Origin: Mizuhopecten yessoensis
Lineage: Eukaryota
Assembly: GCF_002113885.1 (NCBI RefSeq)
Contig: NW_018404198.1
Coordinates: 1-53,469 of the forward strand
Direction: 5' to 3'
DNA: 53,469 nucleotides
Shown here: positions 22,659 to 43,000 of the stretch, piece after piece
How positions within the stretch are numbered: the first letter of the stretch is position 1
Layout: each line of letters begins with the position of its first letter
The notes under the pieces: generated by a model
Seen by the model: the letters and a program-made list of their open reading frames with translations, nothing else
Told to the model about the DNA's origin: nothing
Databases searched by the model: none
Program-made: the position numbers and the translations under genes

Positions 22659-23384
22659 ATAGTATACCGGTAGTTTGGACGTTCTAATGGTTGACTGAAA
22701 ACCTGACTGATTCTTTTAAAAAACATTTACGATTATATGAACAAAATTGATACAGAAATCTGTCATTGTTAAATTTCACGGTTTAGAATATCACTTTATG
22801 GACAGAAATCTTTCATTGTTGAGCTTAATTTCATGGTTTAAAATATCACTGTAATTTATGGACAGAAATTTATGAAAGGTTTTTCCAGAGATTTAACTTT
22901 TGGATGTGACCATATTTGTTGTGAGAGTTGTGTGTTCTATATTATTCAATGTTTTAATATAGTATACAGCTACAGGTATTTGTGAATAAATTGTCATATA
23001 AAAAGCTCTACAACGTGTTCCTAACTATAGTTAAGGACTTAAAAATGTTCAAAGGAGAGTCATTACCTAACTCCAGCTTCCTCGTAATATTGTCTTTTAT
23101 TGGAAAAAGATATCTGCAGATAAATACAACTTGAAAAAAAATAATCTGAATTAGTAAAGTTTTAGAAAGGTAAACTCTGCCTGACAGAGTTAAATCCGAC
23201 CCAGACGGGCATTTTTACCTGACAGTGGTAAATCGGACCCAGATGGTTATTTTTACCTGACAGTGGTAAATCCGACCCAAACAGGCTTTTTTTACCCAGA
23301 TGGATGTCTGGTGTTTTAACCAAAATGGTTGTCCTTTGGATTCCACCAGCATGGATCTGTGCGTGTCCTGTTAGTTTGTGTGTA

Positions 23385-24580
23385 GGAGGCCTAGGTCTGA
23401 CCAAAATGGTTGTCCAATCTACGTGTGTCCTGTTATTTTGTGTGTAAGAGGCCTAGGTCTGACCAAAATGGTTGTCTGATCTACGTGTGTCCCGTTAGTT
23501 TGTGTGTAAGAGGCCTAGGTCTGACCAAAATGGTTGTCCAATCTGTGTGTGTCCCGTTAGTTTGTGTGTAAGAGGCCTAGGTCTGACCAAAATGGTTGTC
23601 TGATCTGTGTGTGTCCTGTTAGTTTGTGTGTAAGAGGCCTAGGTCTGACCAAAATGGTTGTCCAATCTGTGTGTGTCCTGTTAGTTTGTGTGTAAGAGGC
23701 CTAGGTCTGACCAAAATGGTTGTCCAATCTGTGTGTGTCCCGTTAGTTTGTGTGTAAGAGGCCTAGGTCTGACCAAAATGGTTGTCTGATCTGTGTGTGT
23801 CCTGTTAGTTTGTGTGTAAGAGGCCTAGGTCTGACCAAAATGGTTGTCCAATCTGTGTGTGTCCTGTTAGTTTGTGTGTAAGAGGCCTAGGTCTGACCAA
23901 AATGGTTGTCCAATCTGTGTGTGTCCTGTTAGTTTGTGTGTAAGAGGCCTAGGTCTGACCAAAATGGTTGTCCAATCTGTGTGTGTCCCGTTAGTTTGTG
24001 TGTAAGAGGCCTAGGTCTGACCAAAATGGTTGTCTGATCTGTGTGTGTCCTGTTAGTTTGTGTGTAAGAGGCCTAGGTCTGACCAAAATGGTTGTCCAAT
24101 CTGTGTGTGTCCTGTTAGTTTGTGTGTAAGAGGCCTAGGTCTGACCAAAATGGTTGTCTGATCTGTGTGTGTCCTGTTAGTTTGTGTGTAAGAGGCCTAG
24201 GTCTGACCAAAATGGTTGTCCAATCTGTGTGTGTCCTGTTAGTTTGTGTGTAAGAGGCCTAGGTCTGACCAAAATGGTTGTCCAATCTGTGTGTGTCCTG
24301 TTAGTTTGTGTGTAAGAGGCCTAGGTCTGACCAAAATGGTTGTCTGATCTGTGTGTGTCCTGTTAGTTTGTGTGTAAGAGGCCTAGGTCTGACCAAAATG
24401 GTTGTCCAATCTGTGTGTGTCCTGTTAGTTTGTGTGTAAGAGGCCTAGGTCTGACCAAAATGGTTGTCTGATCTGTGTGTGTCCTGTTAGTTTGTGTGTA
24501 AGAGGCCTAGGTCTGACCAAAATGGTTGTCCAATCTACGTGTGTCCTGTTAGTTTGGTTGTAAGAGGCCTAAGTCTGACC
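23385..24580. repeat. 62-bp minisatellite, about 19 near-identical copies
   Basis: Unit AGGCCTAGGTCTGACCAAAATGGTTGTC(CA/TG)ATCTGTGTGTGTCCTGTTAGTTTGTGTGTAAG. Confidence 0.97.
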
Positions 24581-25337
24581 GAAATGATGGTCTTATAAGT
24601 ATTCACATTTAACAAAGGGTCTGTTGGAATCAGGAAATTGGAATTATTTAAAACCAGCATCACTTCCCTATTTCAAATTACAATCAGTTTACAGAATTGT
24701 ACATTTTTTTCTATTTATTTATGTGTCGATTTTAAGCATTACTTGGCAAATGAATTTGAATTCCAAGGCAGAAAGCTATATATGTATGACAGGAAGCAGT
24801 TCGGTGGTGAATACCAAGCATGCACTTGTCAGATATGTATGTCCTGTTGGTTTTCAGTTTGATTTGAAATTGTGCATTTCTTGCTAGTCCAGAACCCATT
24901 TGTTCAAGAACAGCATATATAGCTGAATGAATCATTATCTCGTACTGCCAAACTAAAGTACAGTGGTATAATTAATGCTTGCCTTAAAACTACAAATATT
25001 TTGTGTTGATTTTGTTTAGGCAATTGTTTTGAATCTGTAAGTAGTTGTTTTGAATTTTAATATTTTTGAACATATATACTACAGGAACATTGTTGTTTTC
25101 AAGTTTTTCAAGGTCCAGATGAAATTGTATTAAATATTAACTTATTTATATTACTGGGTATAGATATATATATAGCTTACCTGATAGACCATGGCACTGT
25201 GTTTGTCAGCTGTTAATTATAACCAAGTATTATAAATATAACAACTATTGTACATACGTTTCCAGCGTAGCCGAAATCGATTTTATGGACAACTCGTACA
25301 TATTTTACACCTTTGTGTACAAACGCTTCACTAGTCA

Positions 25338-25391
25338 TTTGTCTGATGAAGGTGAGTGTACATATCGTACTAGTCATCGAAACGTCACATA
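25338..25391 (+). ncRNA. Minimal type I hammerhead ribozyme motif (Penelope-like-element type)
   Basis: TGT-CTGATGA-A-[GGTGA..GTAC-ATATC-GTAC..TCATC stem II]-GAAAC-GTC-ACA. Both core boxes are in the right order, stem II pairs and there is a short stem I (TGT/ACA). Confidence 0.65.
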
Positions 25392-26134
25392 GAAAATTCT
25401 ATTGATTGTGTAAAAAGAACTTCTCATAATCCATGCTTACCAACCTGAAGAAAATGTTTAGAAATATAACCAAGTAATTTCATCCCCAGGACTATGAGGC
25501 AAAGGGTAGTTTTTAGCTAAGGCAATGGCCACAAGCTATTGGTGTTACTTCAGTTAATGAGCTCAAGATATTCATAAATGCTGTTTTCAACTATACGCCG
25601 CTCTAGTGGCAGGGGATGGTACTAAATTGAATCATATACCGGACCTACTGTCTTTATTATGCATTACTTTTTGGACTCAAATTCACTTGAATGGCTTGTA
25701 AATATAATTCATTTCCTTGGTAGAACATGTGATCTTATTACAACGTCATATTCTTGAAAATGCACCCTGTTTATTTCAATCGGGAACTGCCACTTGACTG
25801 TAGGTCATGCATGCTTCACGCAAATTCCGGTAAAATACTTCAGTTAATTTTGAGCTCAGTTATTAATAAACAAGACATACGTCGCCTACCAGTAATACTA
25901 AGCAAACTGCAAATAAAATCCATTACCACAGACTCAAGTTCACTCAAAAGTCATTAGAAATAATCTTATTCTTAGTTAGAACCGAGTATCCTTCTACAAC
26001 TTTGTATTCTTATGAAAAATACACTGTATATTTACTCTTGGAACTGTCGCTGGATTAAGCCGTACGTTACACGGAAATACTGTCCTCTGATTGGCTAAAA
26101 TTTGTGACTCTTGCATTTACGTCCCTGCCTACAT

Positions 26135-26750
26135 TTATATATTGCGTGGTCAGAGCTATGAAGCTGTTCTGTTCCAACTAACTGAGCAAAATCAAAAGTG
26201 CTAATCTGTAATAATATATATGAATCACGCCTCATATGAGTAAAATGTTATCAAAATATTGCATATTCGTTGAAATAACAAATCCTTACTAAAAACTCTT
26301 AAAATAGAAATGACCGCCTTGTTAGATCACGCGTGACGTTATCTCAATTACCCTTTTCCTTGTATGGCCTACACGGCCAAATAAAGTATTCCTTCTGATG
26401 CTGTCATGTTACTACAATTTCCATATTTGGTCATGACACCCATATTTAGACATCTGACCTATAGGCTATCGGAAGACGGAAGAAGTTTCCAACATGGCAG
26501 TCAATTCAGATTTCGATTGCACTTGCTACATAAAGTTGATAATTTAACGACATATAAGGCAGAGTATAACTTATAATTATGGCGGAGATCAACAGAAAAA
26601 GTTCATATTACAAACCTAATAATGGATGCGGATGCTGTCAATTAATTCTAAAATCGCCCCCGTGTGATTTATCGCACCAGGCTTGCTCAACTAAAAAGGC
26701 ATGGGATCGCCAGGGCGGGGCAGAGGAGGCCGGGTTTTAATATTAGTACT
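26135..26750 (-). mobile_element. Unclassified ~630-bp dispersed non-autonomous element, copy 1
   Basis: Reverse complement of 38661-39334 and 40673-41306; ends GGGCAGAGGAGGCCGGGTTTTAATATTAGTACT. Confidence 0.8.
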
Positions 26751-28071
26751 GGTGCCTGGCCTACTCTAGTTCCATATTGGTATTCAAATTTGAAGACTTT
26801 TTTACAATTCAAGAAGCTGACATTCACTGGTCAGCAATTCAAGAAGCTGACACCTTCAGTGAAAAGAAGTTTCAAAATGTTTTAAAAGAAGATTTCAATT
26901 TAGACATATAAGACTGTTTAAAACTGTGCTTGTATTAACACTGAATTTCCAGTATATCTGAAATTCTAGACTTTTCAGATGTTTTTGAAGATTTTGTGAT
27001 GTGAACACAGCTGTATTGGAAGCATGAAATGTGTATATATACCACAGTAATGTTGGATTAGAAATGTTTGGTATACATTATTGGTGTTACTTGTTATATG
27101 TGGTAAGTGTAATAGGAGAATGACAGATATAGATGCATTCCTGATCTTAGATTGATGAAATTAGGATTACCCAGCTAGTTACCCTATCTAAATGATGACA
27201 AACCATCCACTGGTTTGAAATGCATTCCCCCCCCCCCCCAACCCAGATTTCTAGTTCTTGTTTTTCTGTCACATAGTCATCCCGATTTCTAGTTATTGTT
27301 TTTTTGTCACATAGTCATCATCCCGATTTCAAATTTTGAAATGTTGGTTGACTTTCCGTTTTGTGACAATATCCAAGTTATCCAAACTTCATTTTTTCTT
27401 TCTTGAAACCTTTTTCCCTTTTCAAAATAAAAAAACAACCTTATTGATCTTTATTATTCTCCATACATACAGAAATGCTGTATGTGATGTGCTATTGTAC
27501 GCTTTCAGTTATTTGGCTGTGAAATGACTGCTTAATAATGGCTGTTGATCCAATTTGGTTTCCAGAATTTGCATAATTTACAAAAGGGTCTTTAGACAAA
27601 GTTCCCAACTTCTAAGTGTTTTTTTGTGTGCAGTATAATGCATAATGATCTAATGATATGATTCTAAAATCATTTGAATGATAAAAAGGTATGTCATACT
27701 TATCATCGTTATTTTAGATTCTGATCAAACCGTCTCACTCAGATCACGTAAGGAAGGACAATGGATGCCGTTAATGTTGTGTAATTGACATACTAGTTAT
27801 CAAATTATGACAGAAATGATTTTTTATTGTACCTCCTTTAGGAATGAATATAAAGTCTATTGATTTTTTGTGTACATCGTTTATAAATAATATATATACA
27901 TACATATGAGTAGATGTGAATCAATGAAATTTTTTCATTGCTAAAAGTAGGTCGTGATGTTGTGTTTGTCCTTGATATTTTGTTATACGTTCATCTTGTG
28001 AAACACTCGTATTTTGTAGGATTTGGTTCAACTTTTCCAGACTAACATTAAAAAACAGGTGCCACTATATC

Positions 28072-28722
28072 GAGAGTTGACATGCCATACATTATCAGTG
28101 ATAAGCCCATATTAGGAGTTCACATACCATACAAAACCAGTGATAAGCCCATATTAGGAGTTGACATGCCATAAATACCCAGTAATAAGCCCATATTAGG
28201 AGTTCACATACCATACATAAGCAGTGATATGCCCATATTAGGAGTTCACATACCATACATAACCAGTGATAAGCCCATATTAGGACTTCACATACCATAC
28301 ATAAGCAGTGATAAGCCCATATTAGGAGTTAACATACCATACATAACCAGTGATAAGCCCATATTAGGAGTTCACATCCCATACAAAACCAGTGATAAGC
28401 CCATATTAGGAGTTCACATCCCATACATAACCAGTGATAAGCCCATATTAGGAGTTCACATCCCATACAAAACCAGTGATAAGCCCATATTAGGAGTTCA
28501 CATACCACAAATAACCAGTGATAAGCCCATATTAGGAGTTCACATCCCATACAAAACCAGTGATAAGCCCATATTAGGAGTTCACATACGACACATAACC
28601 AGTGATAAGCCCATATTAGGAGTTCACATCCCATACAAAACCAGTGATAAGCCCATATTAGGAGTTCACATACCACACATAACCAGTGATAAGCCCATAT
28701 TAGGAGTTCACATACCACACAT
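28072..28722. repeat. 42-bp minisatellite, about 15 copies
   Basis: Unit CCAGTGATAAGCCCATATTAGGAGTTCACATACCATACAAAA. Confidence 0.95.
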
Positions 28723-28947
28723 TAAAAGCAGTAGTAGGCTCAAGAATACTTGCCACCAGACCTCTTCTTAAGCAGATTTTAAGCTACTTTTGCATATATA
28801 CGGGTAGTATAAAATATCGGAACACATACTGTATACCTATCACCCATTCTACTCTTTTCTGTGCTCCAGTCCCTAACTTTGCCATGCTTATCACTGCCCT
28901 TTCCATAGTCCTATAATTATATAACTGCCCAATCCCTATCCAGGCTA

Positions 28948-29232
28948 GTCACACGCCCTCCTCACCAGACATATTACAGTCCCCGCCCCCAGGCTTATCA
29001 CAGCCCTCATCGCCAGACATATTACAGTCGCCACCCCCAGGCTTATCACAGCCCTCCTCACCAGACATATTACTGTCCCCATCCCCAGGCTTATCACAGC
29101 CCTCCTCACCAGACATATTACAGTCCCCGCCCCGAGGCTCATCACAGCCCTCCTCACCAGACATATTACAGTCCCCGCCCCCAGGCTTATCACAGCCCTC
29201 CTCATCAGACATATTACAGTCCCCGCGCCCAA
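28948..29232. repeat. 48-bp C-rich minisatellite, 6 copies
   Basis: Unit CACAGCCCTCCTCACCAGACATATTACAGTCCCCGCCCCCAGGCTTAT. Confidence 0.95.
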
Positions 29233-29762
29233 CTCATGACCCGCGCGGGTCATACAAATCTCTCGCTTTCCGTCCACATGGCCGGAATCACCCACCTCCG
29301 CATTCGTATTAGTATCTCCCTATTTCCAGATATAGTTCAGGCCCTAATACCTACATGTGGTCCTGAAATGGGAATAACAGAAATCAGATTTATAAAACAA
29401 TGTAGATTTGGCAGAATAGAAGTAATTTTCAATGATATATTGATGTATGTGTTCAATATTTCTGGAAACGTTACCTACAGGTGAGGTGACCTAGTTATTG
29501 ACCTTACAGTGTGTAGAGGTGACCTTGTTATTGACCTTACAGTGTGTAGAAGTGTCGGACAACACTAATACATATAATGAGGCAGCAGCAATCATTGGTT
29601 CTGTGTTGTGTGAGGTAATTAGACCAGTTAGTACGTACCGAGTAAGAGATAAAAAATATAATCATAACTTATGGTGCAAGTGCCAATTGTGTTTTTTTTT
29701 CTTTTGTCATTCCATCTTGGAGTAAAACTTTTCAAAATGTACATTATGCCTTTGTGTTGTAT

Positions 29763-30270
29763 TTAGCTCACCTGGGTGTGAGCTTATGCCGTACTGCGGC
29801 GTCTATAGTCCGTCTGTCATCTGTCCGTCAACTTTTTCTTTTGAATGACTTCTTCTGAAGAAATGGAGGACATAGGGTCATGATATTTGGCCAGTAGTTA
29901 AGAACAGTAATGAGGTCAAGGTCAACTTTAAAGTGCTAGTCGAGGGTCAAACGTCAACATGGGTTAAAAGCTTAACAATCTTCTCAAGTTCCATTAGGAC
30001 CTAGGTCATGATATTTGGCCAGTATGTACCTGGGATGGAGTGCTATAAAGTTTCCTCATTAAAATGACCTTGACCTACTTTCAAGGTCACAGGGGTCAAA
30101 TATGTTAAAAACTTCAAACAACAATATCCTAAGAACCATTTGGACTAGTGTCAGGATACTTGAGTATGTTTTGTAGACCAGCAGTGCAAATCCTTTTTAT
30201 AATTACAGTATGAGGTCAAAGGTCAATTTTAAGTGCTAATTGGGTTTCAAAAGTCTACATGGGTTAGGAT
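29763..30270 (+). mobile_element. HINE/pearl-like element fragment
   Basis: TTAGCTCACCTG...GTGAGCTTATG hairpin, GTCCGTCTGTC microsatellite and AATGACCTTGACC/CAAGGTCACAGGGGTCAAATATG cores, as in 47304-48662. Confidence 0.75.
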
Positions 30271-31270
30271 TGCATGTAGGCCTTAGTATTCTAACTAAAT
30301 AAGACTTGAGACAAACACTGGCATAACTTGTTAAACCATTTCGAATGCGAAAAAAACAAAGGTGGCCATGTTCTCCTGTAGAAAATCAACATAAAAGTGT
30401 CAGTTGATTTAATTCTTTATTTCTGGCACACATGGAATTCATCAAACAATAGAATAAATAAGAAATATAATATCATACATATACTTCATAGTAAATCAAA
30501 GGTGGAACTGGGCTTGGGTGATCTAGAATGTTGATATCTAAACAACCTTCCAAAGACAATTCATTAATCCAGAAGATTGCTATTAACATTCTCGACCTTT
30601 TCCTGATAAATCATTAAAAAGGCAGGAAAAATCTTTTTGAATACAACCATTGGGGACCATTATGTGAAAAATAAATTTACACATTTATATTGATGTGAAC
30701 CTATATATATTTCTTAAAGAACAGTGACGACTTCCATAAGGAATTTTCCCACTGCGTTATATTTTTCACATACAAGTATTTAATACAGGAATCGACATGA
30801 ACAAACAATACTTCCATCAAGGGTGCCCCGAAAAACATTATAGACCTTGTTTAGCAGTACAGTCCAACACAAAATTCACCTTATTGTTGGAGATATATCT
30901 GTGAGAACCGTGGCTCAAAATCTTATCGGTTTTTGTTTTATTTTGAAATTTAAGAACTAAAAATTTACAAATAAAACAATCGGACCAAACGGTCCAATAA
31001 GCCAAAATGTCCAAATTAAACAAGAATAGATTGGACTGTGAGCTATATGGTTCCTGCAGCTTCATGTAGGTGGGAGTCACACCAATGCCAGTCAGCACAC
31101 TGGTTTATATACTGACGAAGGTTATAGATGTCACAGCCAACCGGGGATGTTCACTCTCATTCACTTCTTCCAAAAAACTCAATAAACAGAATCGTGATAT
31201 CTGGAACATAATGAGCTGAATACTCTCAAAAAGGGAACAAATAATTTGAAGACGGGGACATCCCAATCAC

Positions 31271-31361
31271 TTAACTCATTCACCCCTGAAATTTCATATT
31301 GAGCTATTCCAACCTTTGAATTGGAAGAGTTCAAATGTGTCTTCAGGGGCAAATGAGTTAA
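31271..31361. mobile_element. ~90-bp TTAA-bounded hairpin mini-element
   Basis: TTAACTCATTCACCCCTGAA...TTCAGGGGCAAATGAGTTAA. Confidence 0.7.
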
Positions 31362-32259
31362 CAATTTTTCCTGGAGGTAACCATTTAGATAAATTTGTAA
31401 GTAGATTTTAACTTTTATTACTAGATTTTAGCGAGATTTCTGACGTATCACTATATACTAATACCTGTAGATCGGGGGTGTTCGTTAGTCACCACTCCAG
31501 GTAATAAATGACACTGACGTCATTACATTGCTGTACAACTAGGGCAGGCTTTGAGAAAACAACGATCAGATATTTAATGATTTGTTCTACGAAAGTGCTC
31601 TAATATGCGAAAGATTGGTTTTGGTGTAAATTTGTGAGGGCCCATTTTGCATTTTTGAATCTACCACAAATATTGGTTTTATCAATAATTATTAATCACT
31701 GAATGAGCATTTCTTAATTTCACTATTTTTGTTGGAAGATAATTACGTTGAAACCATTTTGCAGATTTATAGATGTAAATATCCTAATGATATAATCGTT
31801 GATAATTATCAATTATTGAAATAGTGAATTAAAGTTATCTCAAGTAAAATCTACATGCATAAGTAAAGTGACTAATTGGGGCAATGTAATTCTGATGGAA
31901 CAAGAAATTCACATTTTAATGCTGTATAAGAAACACACTCACAAAAAAAATCTTTTCACAACTATCTTGTTGAAGCAACTGAACAATACACATACATTAT
32001 TAATATTTCAATGTAAAATTACACCAACAGTAGAAATCTGGCCCATAGTGTTTTTCCAGTTGTATTACATACATATGCACATTGATTTTAAATACACATT
32101 TTCTGTATTTCCATGTATATAACTTTAGGAAAAAGTCACTGGGATATAAAAAGCTGTGTACTAATGAAAATTTCAAAATTCTAACTTGGACACTTTCATT
32201 TATCATTTTGATTTGCCCAATAGTAATCACATGCATTTTTTAAATATCAATAAAAGTAA

Positions 32260-33281
32260 ACCACTGGAACAGCTCAATGCCTGACAAATTAGACCACAGG
32301 AACAGGTCAATGCTTGACAAAGTAGACCACAGGAACAGGTCAATGCCTGACAAAGTAGACAAGCAGGAACTGAGCAATGCCTGACAAAGTAGACCACAAG
32401 AACTGAGCAATGCCTGACAAAGTAGACCACAGGAACAGGTCAATGCCTGACAAATTAGACCACAGGAACTGAGCAATGCCTGACAAAGTAGACCAGCAGG
32501 AACAGGTCAATGCCTGACAAATTAGACCACAGGAACAGGTCAATGCCTGACAAATTAGACCACAGGAACAGGTCAATGCCTGACAAATTAGACCACAGGA
32601 ACAGGTCAATGCCTGACAAAGTAGACCACAAGAACTGAGCAATGCCTGACAAAGTAGACCACAGGAACTGAGCAATGCCTGACAAAGTAGACCACAAGAA
32701 CTGAGCAATGCCTGACAAAGTAGACCACAGGAACTGCTCAATGCCTGACAAAGTAGACCACAGGAACAGGTCAATGCCTGACAAAGTAGACCACAGGAAC
32801 TGCTCAATGCCTGACAAAGTAGACAAGCAGGAACTGAGCAATGCCTGACAAAGTAGACCACAAGAACTGAGCAATGCCTGACAAAGTAGACCACAGGAAC
32901 TGAGCAATGCCTGACAAAGTAGACCACAAGAACTGAGCAATGCCTGACAAAGTAGACCACAGGAACTGCTCAATGCCTGACAAAGTAGACCACAAGAACT
33001 GAGCAATGCCTGACAAAGTAGACCACAGGAACTGCTCAATGCCTGACAAAGTAGACCACAAGAACTGAGCAATGCCTGACAAAGTAGACCACAGGAACTG
33101 CTCAATGCCTGACAAAGTAGACCACAGGAACTGAGCAATGCCTGACAAAGTAGACCACAGGAACAGGTCAATGCCTGACAAAGTAGACCACAGGAACTGC
33201 TCAATGCCTGACAAAGTAGACCACAAGAACTGAGCAATGCCTGACAAGGTAGACCAGCAGGAACTGCTCAATGCCTGACAA
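32260..33281. repeat. 33-bp minisatellite, about 30 copies, downstream of LCMT1
   Basis: Unit AGGAACTGAGCAATGCCTGACAAAGTAGACCAC with three interleaved variants (CTGAGC/CAGGTC/CTGCTC). Confidence 0.97.
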
Positions 33282-33775
33282 ACTTCAGCCAAAAATGCCT
33301 TAAGAGTTTGGGACCACCTACTGCATAGAGACATTCCTGTCTGCTGAAACAAAAACATTTTCTTTGGAAATCAGTCGAAAAAGAAGGAAATTGTTTACTG
33401 CAAACATTATTCCTAATTTGGTCTAAATTTTTAGTTTTCTGATTATAAGCATGGAACCAAGTTGATCTGCTAGATTTGATCGTCACAGCATTGATACCAT
33501 GGCACAGACCTTTTATTTTCCCAACCGCTCACAACCATTTAGACATTAAACACCTATATAAACAGGTCACATGATGTCTGAAAAAAAACGACTGAAAAAT
33601 TTGAACCATGTTCTTGATATGTTAGAAATAACCTTACATAAACATACATGTACTTCACATATACAGTGGAAATGTCCATGAAAGGTTTTGAGCACTTGTT
33701 AAAACTTTTTTGGTGCACTGTCCTTCAAGCAAAGGTCATGTCACAGAGGCCAATGTTATGTCACAAAGGCCAAGG

Positions 33776-39803
<6,028 letters not shown>

Positions 39804-40092
39804 GACCTCAAAATCAGTAAAAGTCAGTTGACAAAATTAAGAAACTTGCTCTCTTTCCGCCATGTTAGTTTACATTTTGAACTCTCGTGCGTCATCCCGT
39901 GTTTTAGTTATTTATAAATTAGACATATGTTATACAAGAATCTCAACGGAGTCGTTTTTCTTATTTTTGAAATGTCAGAAATTGTGCAAATCCTTGATGT
40001 CTATTATTTTACGTCCTAAAATCGAATACAATGGAGATGTTTCGAAAACGAAAGTAGAACCGGAAGTGCTGATTATAGCGGGAAATAAAAAA
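39804..40092. promoter_or_regulatory. Bidirectional promoter shared by LCMT1 and POLD3
   Basis: Start codons separated by 289 bp. ETS/GABP-type site ACCGGAAGTG at 40059-40068; YY1-like AAAATGGCG over the POLD3 ATG and CCGCCATG near 39857. Confidence 0.7.
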
Positions 40093-43000
40093 ATGGCGAC
40101 AGATACACTTTATCTCGAAAATTTAGAGGAATACGTCAATGACGAAAACAAAATAGTAAGTTCGAATTTTTATTTTGGTTTTGTTTCCGGAACTACAACT
40201 TTTATGAGTTTAAAGGTTTATTTTGTTCAAATAAGGAATGTATATACATGTAACAGGAGCGTGTTTGGACCCAGTTTGTCAACTTACGTCTAACTCACTG
40301 CACCCGACTCGCCCTGCAGACCAACCCAGGTTCGATGGGTAACTTGTAACTGTCGTAGCGGGAAAACAAACGCCTTGAAATACAACTAACAATTCATCAT
40401 TTACAACATAGATATTTACAACACAAGATACATAGAAAACAATTACAATAGCCTGGCCCTAGCTATTAACATATAGCGAATACTCCCCTACATACATGTA
40501 CACTACATGTAGACCCCCCGTACTACCTTCGACCTAACTATATTTCAAAACTAACGCTAACCCACACATCCCAGCTAAGTCCCTATCTAAAAATCCTAAA
40601 CTAACCCTAAATATACCTGATGAAAAGATGTGACAGTGCACAGGAACCTAATCCATCCGACTGCTCCGTGTTAGTACTAATATTAATACCCGGCCTCCTC
40701 TGCCTCGGCCGGGTATTAAATCGATACCATGCCTTGTAATGGAGCAAGGCCGGTGTGAATCACACCGGGGCGATTTAAGAATTAATTGACAGCACATTGG
40801 TCCGCATCTATAAATAAGGTTGTAGTATGAACTATTTCTGTTGATATCCTGCACAACTTGAAGTTTAACTCTGCCTAAAATGTCGTTAAATTATCAAGTT
40901 AACGTAGCAAGTGTAATCGAAATCTGAATTGACCGCCATGTTGGAAAGTTCGTCTCTCTTCCGATAGAGGTCAGACGTCCAAATATAGGTGTCATGACCC
41001 AATATGGAAATTGTAGTAAACATGGCGGCATCAGTAGTAATACTATATTTGGCCATGCAGGCCATATATAGAAAGGATAATTGAGATACAAGACAGACTT
41101 TGTTAATTTCGTAAAAGTGTTTTTGCATGAGTAAGGATTCGTTTTTTCAACAATTATGCAATATTTTGATAACATTATACGCATATGAGCGTGAATTATA
41201 TGCAATCTTACAGATTAACACTTTTGATTTTGCTCCATTAGTTGGTATAGGACCGCTTCGAAGCTGTGACGACGCAATATATAAAAAAATCTCTCGTCGT
41301 CAGAAAGCTACGTTATCGCAGCTAGCCCCGTGTATGAGACACCAGCCCGAATTTTTCCCACATTTGACAATACGAAACTAAATTAAGGACCAATCACAAC
41401 AGAGGATTCTCAGAAGCACACAGATACAACGGACGTAAAAGCAATCAACTACGGACAATGCATGACAAAAACATAGACCTCAGACAGGACACGTTAACAG
41501 AGAACAACGTATACAAGAAAGGTCAGGGTGACACATGTACAGGTACACGTAGTACAGACTAAAGACACAACATACAGCCATGCCGTAGAATTAAGCTTAA
41601 AACCTGTCAGCTTACACTGTCAGCTTATATTAACACTGTCGATGAACCCGCATATACATTATAACGTCCCCGCTACATATATACTCTTGGTTTTGTTGGG
41701 GTCATTCATCGATCTTCCTTCTGCTATGTTTAATGAACTAAATTTGGTCACTGCCAAAATTAACATGCCGTGAAACTGAGTGTCCACTGAATATCTACTG
41801 TCTACACTGTATTAAATCCCCAAATATCATCCTGAAAGACTTGTTTAATTCTCATTAAATGTTCTTTTCCCCCTACAGGTAACATACAGATGGTTCAGTA
41901 CCAACTTGAAAGTCCATGTCAACCAGGCCAAACAGTAAGATGTCAGCATGTTTGTTTAACTGTGTTGAGAAAAGAACCTTAGTCAGAAATTGTGAAAAGA
42001 TCTTTACATATACGCCTAGTCATGGAGATCTATGCGGAGATTTAATGTGGTCGTGCACAATTAAATTCAGTCCGTTTTTAGCAGAATTAAGTTGGGTTGA
42101 TCGTCAGCGACCAGGTAGTTCTATTAGTAGAGCATCTGTCTAGAGTAAAGACCATCCAGAGTTCGAACCCTGCTCTGGCCGTGCATTTTGTACCTTTTTA
42201 AGTGATTAAGGGGAATATTACCGTTTTTTCAGGGGAATACTCACCATTTTTCCAAGGGGAAAACTACTGTTTTTCAAAGGGAACATTACATAATTACCGG
42301 TAAAGGGTAGCGAATTATGTCTTGGAAAATCCCTATTCAAGGCCAAATTTTATATGTTATATTAAAAGTATCAAACCATCGAGGTTGTACCTCCTTTTAC
42401 TCCTTGCAATGTCTTTTGAATAATGTGCCAACTATCTCGTATGTTTCTTCCCTTACAGGATGCTGTATGCATTTGTTCAGGACCAGAGGAACAACCATGA
42501 TAATGACAACCTATCTGTGACCTACTTTGTGGCTGGACTGACCAAACCAGTGAATGGTCATCAGGTAATTAATACAATAGACAGGTGTTAATTGTTATAT
42601 CTATATGATCACTTTAACTGTAATGTTTATGTCCTGCCAAATTTTCTCCATTAGACTGCAGCCATGTTCATAAACTGTTCTTGTACAGTTTCTGAGCTGA
42701 GGCTGTATTCCTAATTATCCTAAATTCCATACTTTGTCCTAACATGTAGCTTGTAATCATTTCCATGCTGCTTTTTCATCCTATGTCACAAGAACTCCAT
42801 AAGTCTCAGAAAAAAAATGGGTTTGAATCATGCATGCCAACTTTTTGAAATGCAATGGGGAGATTAAGTATGGTCAGAATTAAAAGCATAAATAAAATTT
42901 ACATGTACACCCTAGGGACAAAATCACGCTTAAAAATGGCATCTTTTGAGCTGTTCTTTCAGATGAAATCATCAGAACTTAGTAAATAGAAATAGTTTAG

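Noticed and set aside
23385-24580. CRISPR-like appearance of this and other regular arrays
   Set aside because: Units are contiguous with no unique spacers, there are no cas genes and the context is eukaryotic.
24624-24935. Short Cys-containing ORFs as possible extra exons
   Set aside because: No recognisable domain or phase-consistent partner exons found.
28095-29295. Repetitive peptide ORFs (KPILGVHIPYITSD; EEGCDKPGGGDCNMSG)
   Set aside because: Unit lengths of 42 and 48 bp are multiples of three and open on both strands. No convincing splice context or unique coding flanks.
31112-31150. CTGACGA-AGGTT...AACC possible second hammerhead
   Set aside because: The GAAA box is replaced by GGGG; at best a dead remnant.
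32227-33358. Long Cys/Leu-rich ORFs in three minus-strand frames
   Set aside because: Translations of a stop-free 33-bp minisatellite lying beyond the LCMT1 stop and candidate polyA signal.
39862-40092. Upstream in-frame ATG extending POLD3 by 77 aa
   Set aside because: It lies in the shared promoter, and recognisable POLD3 homology begins at ATG 40093.
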